DNA of 59,422 bases from a virus. Its lineage: Duplodnaviria; Caudoviricetes. The translations under genes and the position numbers were made by a program. Within the stretch, counting starts at the first letter, position 1, and each line of letters begins with the position of its first letter. The notes below the pieces were generated by a model that ran no database searches, was not told the DNA's origin, and was given only the letters and a program-made list of their open reading frames with translations. Shown piece by piece: positions 17,744-27,095 of this stretch. Where the stretch lies: positions 1-59,422 of IMG/VR virus record IMGVR_UViG_3300043442_000932, one strand, 5' to 3'.

Positions 17744-18409
17744 TCACGAACGGACGATCTTGCGGATCTCCGCCAGCTGAGCTTCAAGCTCAGCCACTCG
17801 CGACAGCAACTTCTCGACGCGGCCATTTGAGACCTCGCTGACAAGAGCGCTGATCAAGTCGGGCGTTGCCGGCGTAGCAGCTGGGCTCTTGCTCTTGCTC
17901 TTGCGGCTCGTCGGCTCACGCAGCTCAGCGAGAGCGGCGAGGCGTTCGCCATGAGTCTCGTTGTAGCGGCGCGAGAGCTCGAGGAGGCGCTCTCTGTTCT
18001 TGCGGTAGTACGCTCGGCGCGAGCGCTTGTCTCCGCGACTGATTGAGTTTCCATCACCGAGGATGATCCCGGGAATGACTCCGCTGCTGACGCGTGTCGG
18101 AACGTCTGGCGACATCCACCACAGCATGCCTTGCGTTCCTCGAGTGGATTGTTTTCCGGCTCGAGCGATGCGCTCTTCCTTGGTTTCTCGGCGAGAGAAC
18201 ACCATTGACTTGCTCTGCATCTGACGCAGGACCTGCGTGACTCGCGTGGAGTCGATGTCAGTCTCCAGCAATTGACTTGCCTGGAAACGGATCTCACCTC
18301 CCGCGACAGGCTCCGGGGCAGACGAGAGGATCACGGTGATCGTCTCTTCTAGTTGCGGTGTCGTGACTCGCATGGCGCGAGTCTTGCGACGTGTTGACGT
18401 TTTCGTCAT
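17744..18409 (-). CDS. putative DNA-binding protein (wHTH-like N-terminus, basic region, coiled coil)
   Basis: 221 aa; first gene of the array; RRAYYRKNRERLLE; RBS AGGAGA. Confidence 0.6.
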   Translation of the reverse strand: MTKTSTRRKTRAMRVTTPQLEETITVILSSAPEPVAGGEIRFQASQLLETDIDSTRVTQVLRQMQSKSMVFSRRETKEERIARAGKQSTRGTQGMLWWMSPDVPTRVSSGVIPGIILGDGNSISRGDKRSRRAYYRKNRERLLELSRRYNETHGERLAALAELREPTSRKSKSKSPAATPATPDLISALVSEVSNGRVEKLLSRVAELEAQLAEIRKIVRS

Positions 18410-18570
18410 TTGTCTCTCCTATGAGTTTCGCTCGGCTGGATGCCGAGGTTGACTCAATTATAACATCTTTAGTTTCGCCGGCGTGATGATGAATCTAGAA
18501 AGCTATATACGTCTGATGTGACTTTTCATAGAGAGAGCTCTAATAGGACTAATTGTCCCATTTCTAGAGA

Positions 18571-19404
18571 TCAGGGGAGAATCGAGAAAGTTCGCGAGAT
18601 TCGGCCAAGAACTTCAAGACTCGCCCAATCTGGTTTTCCATTCGCTCGATCTCCGACGTAGCCGATTCGGCGTTGAAATCGAGCCATCGCAGATTCGGTG
18701 GCCGAATCCCATAATCCAGGATTCGCGCCTCTCATTCCGCCGAATCCGGCCAGAGCTCTCTGGATCAGCTCGATGTCTTCAGATCTTCGGCGAGATCGAG
18801 CCTGCTTTTCGATCTTGCTGAAAACGAGACCCGTCAATACCGGCGAGTCTATCCCAGGCCGGGGTTCGCGAAAAAGCTGACCCGTCTCACTTTTTGAGCC
18901 TATCCCAGGCCGGGGTTTCTTTTTTCGACGCAGAAACGCAGGCCGGCCGAACGCGATCACGTCGTTCTGCCAACGAGTCCGAAGATGCACACCGTCTCTA
19001 TCGTCGGTCTTTCCCTGGCCTGCAACGTTCGCCTCGATCGCCGTGAAGCACCCGTCGCTCTTCCACTGTTCGACACCCGTCACTATTCCCACATGCGCAG
19101 GCCCGAACTGTGAGTCCGTCCCGAAGGCGAAGAAGACGATGTCCCCAGGCCGGGGTGAATTGACGATCCGTCTTGCCCAGAAGAACTCTGCCAAGCCTGA
19201 ACTTGGATTGATCATCGACGGAACGTAGACGCCGGCGTCTTGAGCGACGCAGTCGATGAAGGCACCGTCCCACGGAGCACCGTGTGCCGTGTAGCCGACC
19301 CGTTCAGAGAAGATGTTTCCTCCCCCAGGCCTGCTGTGGTACCTCAACCATTTTCCGGCCTCGGCTGTGAAATCGTCGGCCGTCACTAATCTCTCCCAGT
19401 ACAT
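18571..19404 (-). CDS. CHAP/NlpC-like cell-wall hydrolase with peptidoglycan-binding C-domain
   Basis: PRPGDIVFF...HVGIV...AIEAN; C-terminal IQRAL...GLWD...ARFQRRIG...ANGKP; WC replaced by WD. Confidence 0.75.
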   Translation of the reverse strand: MYWERLVTADDFTAEAGKWLRYHSRPGGGNIFSERVGYTAHGAPWDGAFIDCVAQDAGVYVPSMINPSSGLAEFFWARRIVNSPRPGDIVFFAFGTDSQFGPAHVGIVTGVEQWKSDGCFTAIEANVAGQGKTDDRDGVHLRTRWQNDVIAFGRPAFLRRKKKPRPGIGSKSETGQLFREPRPGIDSPVLTGLVFSKIEKQARSRRRSEDIELIQRALAGFGGMRGANPGLWDSATESAMARFQRRIGYVGDRANGKPDWASLEVLGRISRTFSILP

Positions 19405-19405
19405 G

Positions 19406-19564
19406 TTACTCCTCGGTAACTAAGCTCTCCAGTTCAGAGACAATTGTAGCCGCCTCGTTGGCGCGAGCCGTGATTCGGATGTGCTCTTCTCGAGTCTTCG
19501 CCTTCGACACGTCTTCAAGAAGACGATCGAGAAGATCTCTCGCTGATGTCAGGATCTCATTCAT
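19406..19564 (-). CDS. small helical protein
   Basis: 52 aa MNEILTSARDLLDRLLED...; fills the gap, overlaps the upstream stop. Confidence 0.6.
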   Translation of the reverse strand: MNEILTSARDLLDRLLEDVSKAKTREEHIRITARANEAATIVSELESLVTEE

Positions 19565-20477
19565 TGTTTTCATCGGGCGCCTCAAGCTCTCTCGGTGCGC
19601 TGCCGTCCTCGCTTTCTACTAGAACTCCGTCGCTCGCAAGTCGAGCGGTCACGTCGATCGCGGTCGCGGCAAGACGGTTCAAGCGCTCCGCGACGATGTC
19701 GCTCGCAGCTCTTCCGTCGGTCACGGTCAGAGACGCGTCGAACTCGATTCCGCCGCGGACGCCCGCGCGGTCGAGGATCTCGGTGCTGGCCTTGAGCTTC
19801 ACAGGCTCGCTGATCGCGTTCTCCATCAGATCTTCAAGAATGTCGACGGCGTACGGCGCCGCCTGAACGAGCTTCGCTCGAGCGCGCTCGATGTCCTCGC
19901 CCGGCTTGCGCTGGATCGACCCGAGGTGAACGCGGCAGAGGCCGTCATCTTTCGCCCGTCCTGATGTCCAGAGCATGCAGCGGATGCCGTCTTCTTTTAC
20001 ATGGCGGCAACGAGCAGGAAGAGGAGCTGGGCCCTTCTTGGGAGAGACAGGTCCGCCGAGATCTTGCTCTTTTACCCACAGGCGGGTCGCGGCGATCACC
20101 CACGGCGGAACGAGATAGTCAGATGCAGACTCGGCCATCAGGTCAAGACCTGTGAGATAGTCGGAGTTGATGCGGTCGGGATCGACCAAGATCGGTTTCT
20201 TCTCGGCGAGGCTCAAGACGCGGCGTGCCTTCGCCATCTCCTGTGAACGGGCCTGGATCAGGCCGGTAGGAACTCCGTTAGAACTGTAGACAGTGTCCCA
20301 GCCCATCTTCGCGCGGCGCAAGATCTGGCGGTTCTCGAACGTGTCTTGGCAGACTCCCCGCTCAACCTCGTCGATGCCCAGCTCGCTTAGAACCGGACGG
20401 AGGTTGACGGGCTCGTCGATCTGAACCTCAGGACGTTCTCTCTCGGGTTCTTCAAATGGTTGGATCGTGGTGCTCAT
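19557..20477 (-). CDS. probable terminase small subunit
   Basis: C..C..CRVHLG zinc motif followed by AAPYAVDILEDLM...VKLKASTEILDRAG, a pattern common in actinophage TerS. Confidence 0.55.
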   Translation of the reverse strand: MSTTIQPFEEPERERPEVQIDEPVNLRPVLSELGIDEVERGVCQDTFENRQILRRAKMGWDTVYSSNGVPTGLIQARSQEMAKARRVLSLAEKKPILVDPDRINSDYLTGLDLMAESASDYLVPPWVIAATRLWVKEQDLGGPVSPKKGPAPLPARCRHVKEDGIRCMLWTSGRAKDDGLCRVHLGSIQRKPGEDIERARAKLVQAAPYAVDILEDLMENAISEPVKLKASTEILDRAGVRGGIEFDASLTVTDGRAASDIVAERLNRLAATAIDVTARLASDGVLVESEDGSAPRELEAPDENNE

Positions 20478-20520
20478 TTAGATCTCATCGTTGTATAGAA
20501 TGACTGCACAAGAAGGTGAA

Positions 20521-20563
20521 GGTGACCCGACGGAGGGGAGAGAGGGCAATCCGCCGGGCCACC
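20521..20563 (-). terminator. stem-loop with CU-rich loop
   Basis: GGTGGCCCGGCGGA / TCCGTCGGGTCACC with G-U pairs on the minus strand; loop TTGCCCTCTCTCCCC. Confidence 0.55.
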
Positions 20564-20574
20564 CTCGATCTTGC

Positions 20575-20811
20575 TCAGCGACCGAAAAGACGAGCGAAGA
20601 AGCTCTTCTTCTTCTTGAGAGCTGGAGCCGGCGTCGTTGCCGGAGCGGAGAGCTTGGCGATCACCTCTTCGGTGATTGCGAACCTTGGAAGTTCCGCCGT
20701 TGCCTTAGTGCTCTCAGAAGACGGAGAAGACTTCTTTGCGGGAGTCTTCTTTTGCGCTGGCTTTTTGGCCGGCGTCTTCTTCGCTGGTGCTTTCTTCTTG
20801 GGTGCTGACAT
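20575..20811 (-). CDS. histone H1-like Lys/Pro/Ala-rich protein
   Basis: KKAPAKKTPAKKPAQKKTPAKK repeats. Confidence 0.7.
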   Translation of the reverse strand: MSAPKKKAPAKKTPAKKPAQKKTPAKKSSPSSESTKATAELPRFAITEEVIAKLSAPATTPAPALKKKKSFFARLFGR

Positions 20812-20831
20812 TGTTCTCTCTCCTTGGTTAG

Positions 20832-21029
20832 TTACTTGGACGTACGTCCGAAGGCGAGATCCTTCGGGTTCAGGTATCGCATCGCGACAGGCAGGGCCGC
20901 GGCCCAGAGTGCGTTGAGCGCCGCCTTCGGATCTCCGGTCGCGACGTATGTGGCGACGGCAGCTCCGACAAACGAGCGCGCGTAGGACGCGAGCATCGCC
21001 TTGTTCGCTGGTGTGAGTAGCTTGTCCAT
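20832..21029 (-). CDS. putative holin
   Basis: 65 aa, two hydrophobic helices, ASYARSF...RYLNPKD.AFGR. Confidence 0.6.
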   Translation of the reverse strand: MDKLLTPANKAMLASYARSFVGAAVATYVATGDPKAALNALWAAALPVAMRYLNPKDLAFGRTSK

Positions 21030-21216
21030 GATGGTGTTTCTTCTTTCCGCGTCTTACGAGACGCGAGGATAACTGTAAGCCAAGAAGATCAGGCTGTGAG
21101 TCTCAAAGATTTTTCGGTGAGATCACACTTACAGGAGGAACCGCCTTTCAGAAACACGGTCCTGCGGCCGAACACGACCACATCTTGAAGTGATTCTGAA
21201 CTGCCGGCGAAAGTGG

Positions 21217-21600
21217 CTATTTCGCGATGTTGACGACGGAGTACTTCTCGGCGTGAGCTGAGCTTGGATCAAGAGTTTTGTACCAGCCACGGGACTGCAT
21301 GAGGACTCCAGGTCTGCCCGTCACCTCGCAGGTGCGAGACGCGATCTCTTCGTACTTCTCCACGACGGCGTCCATCTGCTGCGAGACTAGATCTCCCTTC
21401 CTTGTACTGAAGTAGTACCTTAGTCCGCCGTACTTCTCTTTGATCTGGCAGACTTCATAGTCTGGGTCTATCTCCGTCAGGTCACGGTCGCAGTCGATCA
21501 CAAGCTGATACCAGCCAGGTCCGACGTCAATCGAGTACCAGTACCCGGGAATGATCTTCGCCTTGATCAGTTCTAGTTGTATTTGTATTTCTGATTCCAT
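21217..21600 (-). CDS. conserved phage hypothetical protein
   Basis: VGPGWYQLV...QIKEKYGGLRYY...TCEVTGRPG; ATG immediately after tRNA-Pro. Confidence 0.78.
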   Translation of the reverse strand: MESEIQIQLELIKAKIIPGYWYSIDVGPGWYQLVIDCDRDLTEIDPDYEVCQIKEKYGGLRYYFSTRKGDLVSQQMDAVVEKYEEIASRTCEVTGRPGVLMQSRGWYKTLDPSSAHAEKYSVVNIAK

Positions 21601-21601
21601 G

Positions 21602-21675
<74 letters not shown>

Positions 21676-21686
21676 TATTTTTTGAG

Positions 21687-21760
21687 AGCCCTCGGTGGGA
21701 TTCGAACCCACGACCACCTCATTACAAGTGAGGTGCTCTGGCCAGCTGAGCTACAAGGGC
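21687..21760 (-). tRNA. tRNA-Thr (anticodon UGU)
   Basis: GCCCTTG acceptor, CCTCA-CTTGTAA-TGAGG anticodon arm, GGTTCGAATCC; CCA not encoded. Confidence 0.96.
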
Positions 21761-21789
21761 GTTTGGATCTCTGTACTTTCACTGTACTC

Positions 21790-22203
21790 TTAGAGAACCG
21801 GATTGTTGCCTTCTACAAGATCTATCGCACGGCGAAGACCCAGCGTATAGAGGCTCTTGTCGTCTGGAATCTTGCCGTCCCACTCTGTGATCATCGTCCG
21901 AAGACGAGATACGAGCGTGTCCTGCCAGCGGCTGATCGTCTCATACGCGACAAGAATGATCACGTCCTCTGGGAAGACGTCGCCAAAGGTCATCGTCATG
22001 AGCCGAGCGATCTCAAAGGAAGCTTCTTGAACGCTGTTGATCTCGCGCTGAGGCTCGATGACTTGGTAACCAAGATCTTCCGCCGACACTGGTCGAAAGT
22101 CAGATGCTGCTCTTTCGTCTAGCTCCACCCAACCGGAGTTCTTCTCCGGATCGTAGACGTAGTTCTCTCGGTTCTCTGGGTCGTAGATGTTCTCGTCGGT
22201 CAT
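21790..22203 (-). CDS. hypothetical protein
   Basis: Start MTDENIYDPEN after AGGAG; ends LYTLGLRRAIDLV. Confidence 0.75.
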   Translation of the reverse strand: MTDENIYDPENRENYVYDPEKNSGWVELDERAASDFRPVSAEDLGYQVIEPQREINSVQEASFEIARLMTMTFGDVFPEDVIILVAYETISRWQDTLVSRLRTMITEWDGKIPDDKSLYTLGLRRAIDLVEGNNPVL

Positions 22204-22276
22204 TTCTTGCTCCTGTTGTTGAGTATGAAGAATAGCGCTGCGATCGGCCCGATCACAAGAAGCGGAATGAGGTTGT

Positions 22277-22768
22277 TCATACCTCTGTCCTGCACTTTCC
22301 GCAGAGAAGCGCGTCAAAGCCTGTCGCGTGCGTCGCCGACGTTCCGCGCTGAGTAACAGCGGCAGGAGTCAGGTCGGCTGCCTTTTCCTTGCACCGGTCA
22401 CAGACTAGATCTTCCAGCCAGTCGATCTTTCCGTCTTTCTGCATCAGCGCGTACATTCCACGAGCAAGAGCGTGCAGTCCGCCAGATCCCTCGGTCTTTC
22501 TCAGGAACGGACGTAGATCCGACACCTTCACGACCGGGCGACACCTCTTGCACGGACAGTCCATCTTGGTCGGCTTGCAGATCGTAAGAGCTCCGGCAAC
22601 AGTGTGCCGAGTAACCGGATGTCCACAGATACAGATCCGATTGTCGCGCTTTGGCTTTGCCGCTAGATCTCCCTCAAGAGACTTCATGTCTTCCTGAGTC
22701 AGGCCGATCGCTTTCAGTCCGTCTTCCGCGCTTGTCGTCAGATCAGAGTTGTCTATCTTTTTGGGCAT
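22277..22768 (-). CDS. Cys-rich (multi zinc-binding) hypothetical protein
   Basis: CICGH..H, CPC..C, CDRC, CGKC. Confidence 0.78.
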   Translation of the reverse strand: MPKKIDNSDLTTSAEDGLKAIGLTQEDMKSLEGDLAAKPKRDNRICICGHPVTRHTVAGALTICKPTKMDCPCKRCRPVVKVSDLRPFLRKTEGSGGLHALARGMYALMQKDGKIDWLEDLVCDRCKEKAADLTPAAVTQRGTSATHATGFDALLCGKCRTEV

Positions 22769-22799
22769 CCGTCTTGTCCTTCCAAAGAGAGAAAGTTGT

Positions 22800-23460
22800 A
22801 CAGTTCGCGTATTCCCATGTCAAGAATCTTACCATGTGAAAGTGTGCGATGCGTCATCGTGTACCAACTATTCAACTAATACCGACTTATACTGAGTTAT
22901 TAGTTATTTCAACTATTCTTTGGATACGGTGCACGTGTACGCGTATACGCGTATTAGACTAATAGTTGACATTGCTAATAACTGTATACTTGTACCGGTC
23001 ATACTACTCTCATTTGTGTGTGAGCACACATCATTCTTCTGTAGTATCTTTTTTCACAGATCTCTCTCGCTCGCTCAAGAGATCCGAATAGTCGAAGGTT
23101 GACATTAGTGCAATAGTGTTTAGTTGACATTAGTCGTACCGCGTCCTCTCTTGCTCGTTTTCTCTGTGCAAATCCTCCGGCAGAAGCAGATTAGTACAAT
23201 AAGATCTAGACCTAGAGCACTTATCTATCGACCCGCGGCGAACTCGAGAAAGAGACAGTTCGGCAACAAGCAGGTTTACCGTTCTGTCTTGTTCAGTCTC
23301 CGCAACGGTCACTTGTAAGTTCCTGAGCGTCGCACTTATTTGTTCAGCAAATCCTCTCACAGCGTCTTCTCTGACTTTTCAAAGTTCCATAATCGAGAAC
23401 AAAAGTCCTGTCTCATAATCCATAATCGCGCTGCTGCGCGAGCATTATGCGCATAATGAG
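22800..23460. other. AT-rich non-coding strand-switch region with palindromes and short repeats
   Basis: No credible ORF; TACGCGTATACGCGTA palindrome at ~22938-22953; repeated TCAACTA/TAGTTGA. Confidence 0.6.
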
Positions 23461-23465
23461 AGCAG

Positions 23466-23756
23466 GTGAGCGAAGAACTTCACCGCGTGGTGTACAATGA
23501 CTGCATGGTGTTCTTTGAAGAGGATCCGCAGGAGAAAGCTCTTCGAAGAATCAACGCGTGCATTCACACGATCGTCAGTGTCATCGAAGAGATTGACGAT
23601 CCGGAGGAGATCGACGAGCGTGCAGATCTGCTGATCGCCGTCGAGAACTTGATGGACGTGTCCACATTTCTTACAGACCAAGTTCGCGGCATCGCGTGGC
23701 AGCACAGCCTGACGCCGAGCGAGGCCGCAGACAGAGAAGATCCAGACAGCTACTAA
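23466..23756 (+). CDS. hypothetical acidic protein
   Basis: 96 aa, GTG start. Confidence 0.7.
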   Translation: MSEELHRVVYNDCMVFFEEDPQEKALRRINACIHTIVSVIEEIDDPEEIDERADLLIAVENLMDVSTFLTDQVRGIAWQHSLTPSEAADREDPDSY

Positions 23757-23765
23757 AGAGAGCGA

Positions 23766-26700
23766 ATGTTCATAACTCACCCGTCCGGGTGGGGAGACCA
23801 AGGGGCAACAACTTCATCTAAGCGTCGCGTGATCCGCAGGCGCTTTCTTGCCGTTCTTCCGGCCTTCATGTGGGTGCTTGCGCTTGTTCCGCAACCCAAG
23901 TCGGTGAGCGCTTCCGACGGGCAGGGACTTGTTTTTGCGTGGCAGTCTGCCACCGTCTCGCAAGACGTAGCGGTTCCTGGCAACTGGGCGTCTGCGTCTA
24001 CTCTTACGGCGACCGTCAGCGCGGCGGAGGCGCAGGACTGGAAGGCGTCATCCGACACCCTCACCGTCGGCATTCAGCTTCTTGGCGCAGGAGGCGGAAG
24101 CATCTACAGCCACAACACCGGTGTCATCACGCTTACCGACGGTGGAACTTTCAACGATTACTCGGTCAGCGTCACGGCGTCTGGCGTCGGCGCAGGTTGG
24201 GCGAGCGTCGCAACCGCTCGTATCTACATCATCGGCCAGGACGGCGAGTTCTGGGCAGGCAACTACGGCACCCGCGTCGACACCGCGTCTCTCACGCTTG
24301 ACGGCACGGAGCTGCTCACAAACGGCGAGTTCACATCTACGTCTGGCTGGACATCGTCTCTTGGCTGGCAGACATGCTCAGGCGGATCAGGCGCGCTTCC
24401 GTGCGTCGGCCAGTCAGCCGTCCAGATCAACAACCCGACAACAACCACGACTTCTTCTACAACTACGACTACGACGACTACCACCACGACCGTCCCCGCT
24501 CCTGGAGCAGGCACCGAGACGACCGAGAACTTCGAGGGTCCCGGCCCGACAACCGCGAATCTCACTGCAAGAGTCAACGGCAACGCATTGACAACATCGA
24601 ACCAGAGCGGCTGGTACTACGCGAACTTGAGCAACGGTTACGGCACTCAAGGCTACGCGATCTACGCTGGTAACCCGAGCGCCGCGATGACGATCACGCT
24701 TCCGTCAGCTCTCAATCCGCGAAGCTTCTACTTCCGCGTCGGTGCGAAGAACGGCGATGCGACAGGCACCGTCACCTACTCCGACAGCACAACGGCGTCG
24801 TTCACGATCGGCAACTCTGTTCTTACCGCCGGCTGCTCGACCTGCCAGGCTCCCGGTTACTACAAGGAGATCTACTTCAACGGCAACGGCAAGATCATCA
24901 CGAGCTTCTCTCTGCCCGCTGAGGGCGACATCTACTTCGTCGACATGCTGCGCATCAGCGACGCGACAGCCGTCTCGAGCGGCGTCGATCCAAACCCGTC
25001 GCTTACTACTACAACCACCACAACTACTACAACCACAACAACTACGACAACAACAACAACAGTCCCTCCGACAACGACCACGACCACGACCACTACGACA
25101 ACAGTTCCGGTGTCTCAGGCTCAGAGCGGAATCGTCGCTAGGTTCTACACATCCGTCGGCGGAGGAGCGCCTCCTCTACCGTCTGAGAGCAACTTCGTAG
25201 GTTCTGTCGCGTACACGCAGATCAACCAAAGCTTTGACTCATCTCCGCGGTTCAATCTTTACGATCACTTTGCCGTCAGGTACGACGGGTATATAACGTC
25301 TCCTGTCTCTGGCAACATCACGTTTTACCCGACTGCCGATGACGGGACAAAGTTGTACGTCGACAACGTGCTGATCGACAACAACTGGCGAGACAAGGGC
25401 GGCGGCGGCAACGTGAGCTCTGCCGTGGCGTTCACCGCCGGAGTACCGAAGCCGTTCAGGTTGTGGTACTACGAGAACGGCGGCGGCGCAAGCGTCAATT
25501 TGTACTGGAACGTCGCAAACGGAGCGATCGTCGCCGGAGGTTGGACGCTCGTGCCCGTGTCCGCGTTCACTACAGACGAGACTCCGACAACAACAACTAC
25601 GACTACGACTACGACTACGACAATCGCTCCTTATTTCAACTCAGTACAGAACTTGACGGCCGTCGCAAACGCGAACGGAAGCGTCACTCTCAACTGGGAC
25701 GCACCGACATCAAGCAATCTTTCTGCACACATGTACGACGTCTCCTGGTTTGATCTGAACAACAACGTTGAGTCCGGCGGCTGGGGCGTGTGGACGTACG
25801 CCGAGAACACAAGCTATGTCGTGGGCTCGTACCAGTTTCCTGGCACTACCGGCTACGGCCCGGTGAGATTCAAGGTTCGCGCTGGAAACGCCGCGTGCGT
25901 CGGTGAAGGTGCCGGGTCATGCACCTACGGATCTTACGAGAGTGTCGACGTTGTTGTCTTAGATCCGACTCCGGCTACGACAACAACAACCACAACAACA
26001 ACCACAACCACCACCACGTCAACCACAGTTCCAACAACAACGACAACAACGACTTCGCCTCCGCAGCAAGAATCAACACCAAGCGAAACAACTTCTTCAA
26101 CTACTCTTGCTCCTGATCCTGAACCCGAGACGACTGTCCCAGAAGAAACCGTACCGGAATCAACACTGCCAGAGCCAGAAGAAACAACCACGGTGCCGAC
26201 GCTTCCAGAAGAAACAGCGCCAGAAGAGACAGTCCCAGATACAGAACCTGAAACAACGCAACCAGCACCTGAAGAGGAAACAGAAACAACTCAGCCACAA
26301 GACGATCCTACCGAGGGCGTCGTCGAGATTGACACCGAAGAAGCCGTGGAAGCGATCACTGAAGCTGACACCGCCGAAGAGCTTGCCGCGGTGCTTACGG
26401 AGGTCCTCAGCGAGCCGATCAGCGACGAGCAGTTCGACGAGGTTATCAGCGCGGTCCTTGACGAGCCGCTGACAACTCAAGAACTTGAAGCGGTTCTCGA
26501 CGTTCTTGAGTCCGACTCGGTCACTGAAGAGCAGGTCGCATCGGCTGTTGACAAGATCCTCGAGAATGAGGTTGATACTGGAGCGGCTGTCGCGCTCGTG
26601 ACAAGCGAGAAGGTCCTTGAGTCGATCAGCACCGAGCAAGCAGAGCAGATCTTCGAGGCGATCGACACAGACGCGCTCGACGACTCGGCCAAGACCGAGA

Positions 26701-27095
26701 TCGCCGAGGCCTTGACAGACGCTCCTGAGGACGTGAAAGAGACGTTTGAAGAGACGATCGACGTCTATGGTGACGGCTTCGATGAGTACACGCCGGTCGG
26801 ATCCGCGGTTACAGTAGGAGAAAGGCGCACACTGATCGCCGCGACAGCAGTCTTGTCGACCGCTGGCGCTGGCGTTGCGATGGCTGGAGGAGCGTCTGGC
26901 GGTTCGCCGTCAGGCGGCGGCAACGGGGGGAACAGCGGTGGCGGCTCTTCAGGTGGCGGTAGCAGCGGTAACGACGCGGCAAAGAAGCCAGAAGAAGAGG
27001 AAGAGGGCGGCGGAGAGTTGACGGGGCCAGAAGAAGACGATGACGACGAAGAGTTTACACGCAATAGCATCTTCAAGTACCCCGAGGAGTTGTAA
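23766..27095 (+). CDS. large exported/surface protein with carbohydrate-binding-like domains, PA14, FN3, poly-Thr linkers and acidic stalk
   Basis: N-terminal RR-rich + hydrophobic signal; PA14 FAVRYDGYI...ADDGTKLYVD...YYENGGGA; FN3 VQNLTA...VTLNWDAP; five poly-T tracts; C-terminal hydrophobic segment. Confidence 0.85.
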   Translation: MFITHPSGWGDQGATTSSKRRVIRRRFLAVLPAFMWVLALVPQPKSVSASDGQGLVFAWQSATVSQDVAVPGNWASASTLTATVSAAEAQDWKASSDTLTVGIQLLGAGGGSIYSHNTGVITLTDGGTFNDYSVSVTASGVGAGWASVATARIYIIGQDGEFWAGNYGTRVDTASLTLDGTELLTNGEFTSTSGWTSSLGWQTCSGGSGALPCVGQSAVQINNPTTTTTSSTTTTTTTTTTTVPAPGAGTETTENFEGPGPTTANLTARVNGNALTTSNQSGWYYANLSNGYGTQGYAIYAGNPSAAMTITLPSALNPRSFYFRVGAKNGDATGTVTYSDSTTASFTIGNSVLTAGCSTCQAPGYYKEIYFNGNGKIITSFSLPAEGDIYFVDMLRISDATAVSSGVDPNPSLTTTTTTTTTTTTTTTTTTTVPPTTTTTTTTTTTVPVSQAQSGIVARFYTSVGGGAPPLPSESNFVGSVAYTQINQSFDSSPRFNLYDHFAVRYDGYITSPVSGNITFYPTADDGTKLYVDNVLIDNNWRDKGGGGNVSSAVAFTAGVPKPFRLWYYENGGGASVNLYWNVANGAIVAGGWTLVPVSAFTTDETPTTTTTTTTTTTTIAPYFNSVQNLTAVANANGSVTLNWDAPTSSNLSAHMYDVSWFDLNNNVESGGWGVWTYAENTSYVVGSYQFPGTTGYGPVRFKVRAGNAACVGEGAGSCTYGSYESVDVVVLDPTPATTTTTTTTTTTTTTSTTVPTTTTTTTSPPQQESTPSETTSSTTLAPDPEPETTVPEETVPESTLPEPEETTTVPTLPEETAPEETVPDTEPETTQPAPEEETETTQPQDDPTEGVVEIDTEEAVEAITEADTAEELAAVLTEVLSEPISDEQFDEVISAVLDEPLTTQELEAVLDVLESDSVTEEQVASAVDKILENEVDTGAAVALVTSEKVLESISTEQAEQIFEAIDTDALDDSAKTEIAEALTDAPEDVKETFEETIDVYGDGFDEYTPVGSAVTVGERRTLIAATAVLSTAGAGVAMAGGASGGSPSGGGNGGNSGGGSSGGGSSGNDAAKKPEEEEEGGGELTGPEEDDDDEEFTRNSIFKYPEEL

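Larger units (their letters stand above)
1003..18475 (-). promoter_or_regulatory. 26 dispersed copies of a conserved ~20-bp promoter-like element (T)GAAACTAAAGTT(G/A)(T/G)TATAAT
   Basis: Plus-strand ATTATA(AC/CT)AACTTTAGTTT and variants start at 1003, 1255, 1445, 1972, 3156, 3459, 3738, 4534, 5761, 6500, 7038, 7475, 7670, 8080, 9030, 9618, 9901, 10249, 12856, 13994, 14522, 14885, 15342, 16684, 17449, 18457; all same orientation, each ending in a perfect TATAAT upstream of a start codon. Confidence 0.9.

Noticed and set aside
1003-18475. Repeat element as a CRISPR array
   Set aside because: Spacing is irregular (190-2600 bp), intervals are whole genes and no cas genes are seen
1003-18475. Repeat element as integron attC or Xer/dif sites
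   Set aside because: No RYYYAAC...GTTRRRY long imperfect palindrome, no tyrosine integrase in the window and no convincing 11-6-11 dif layout
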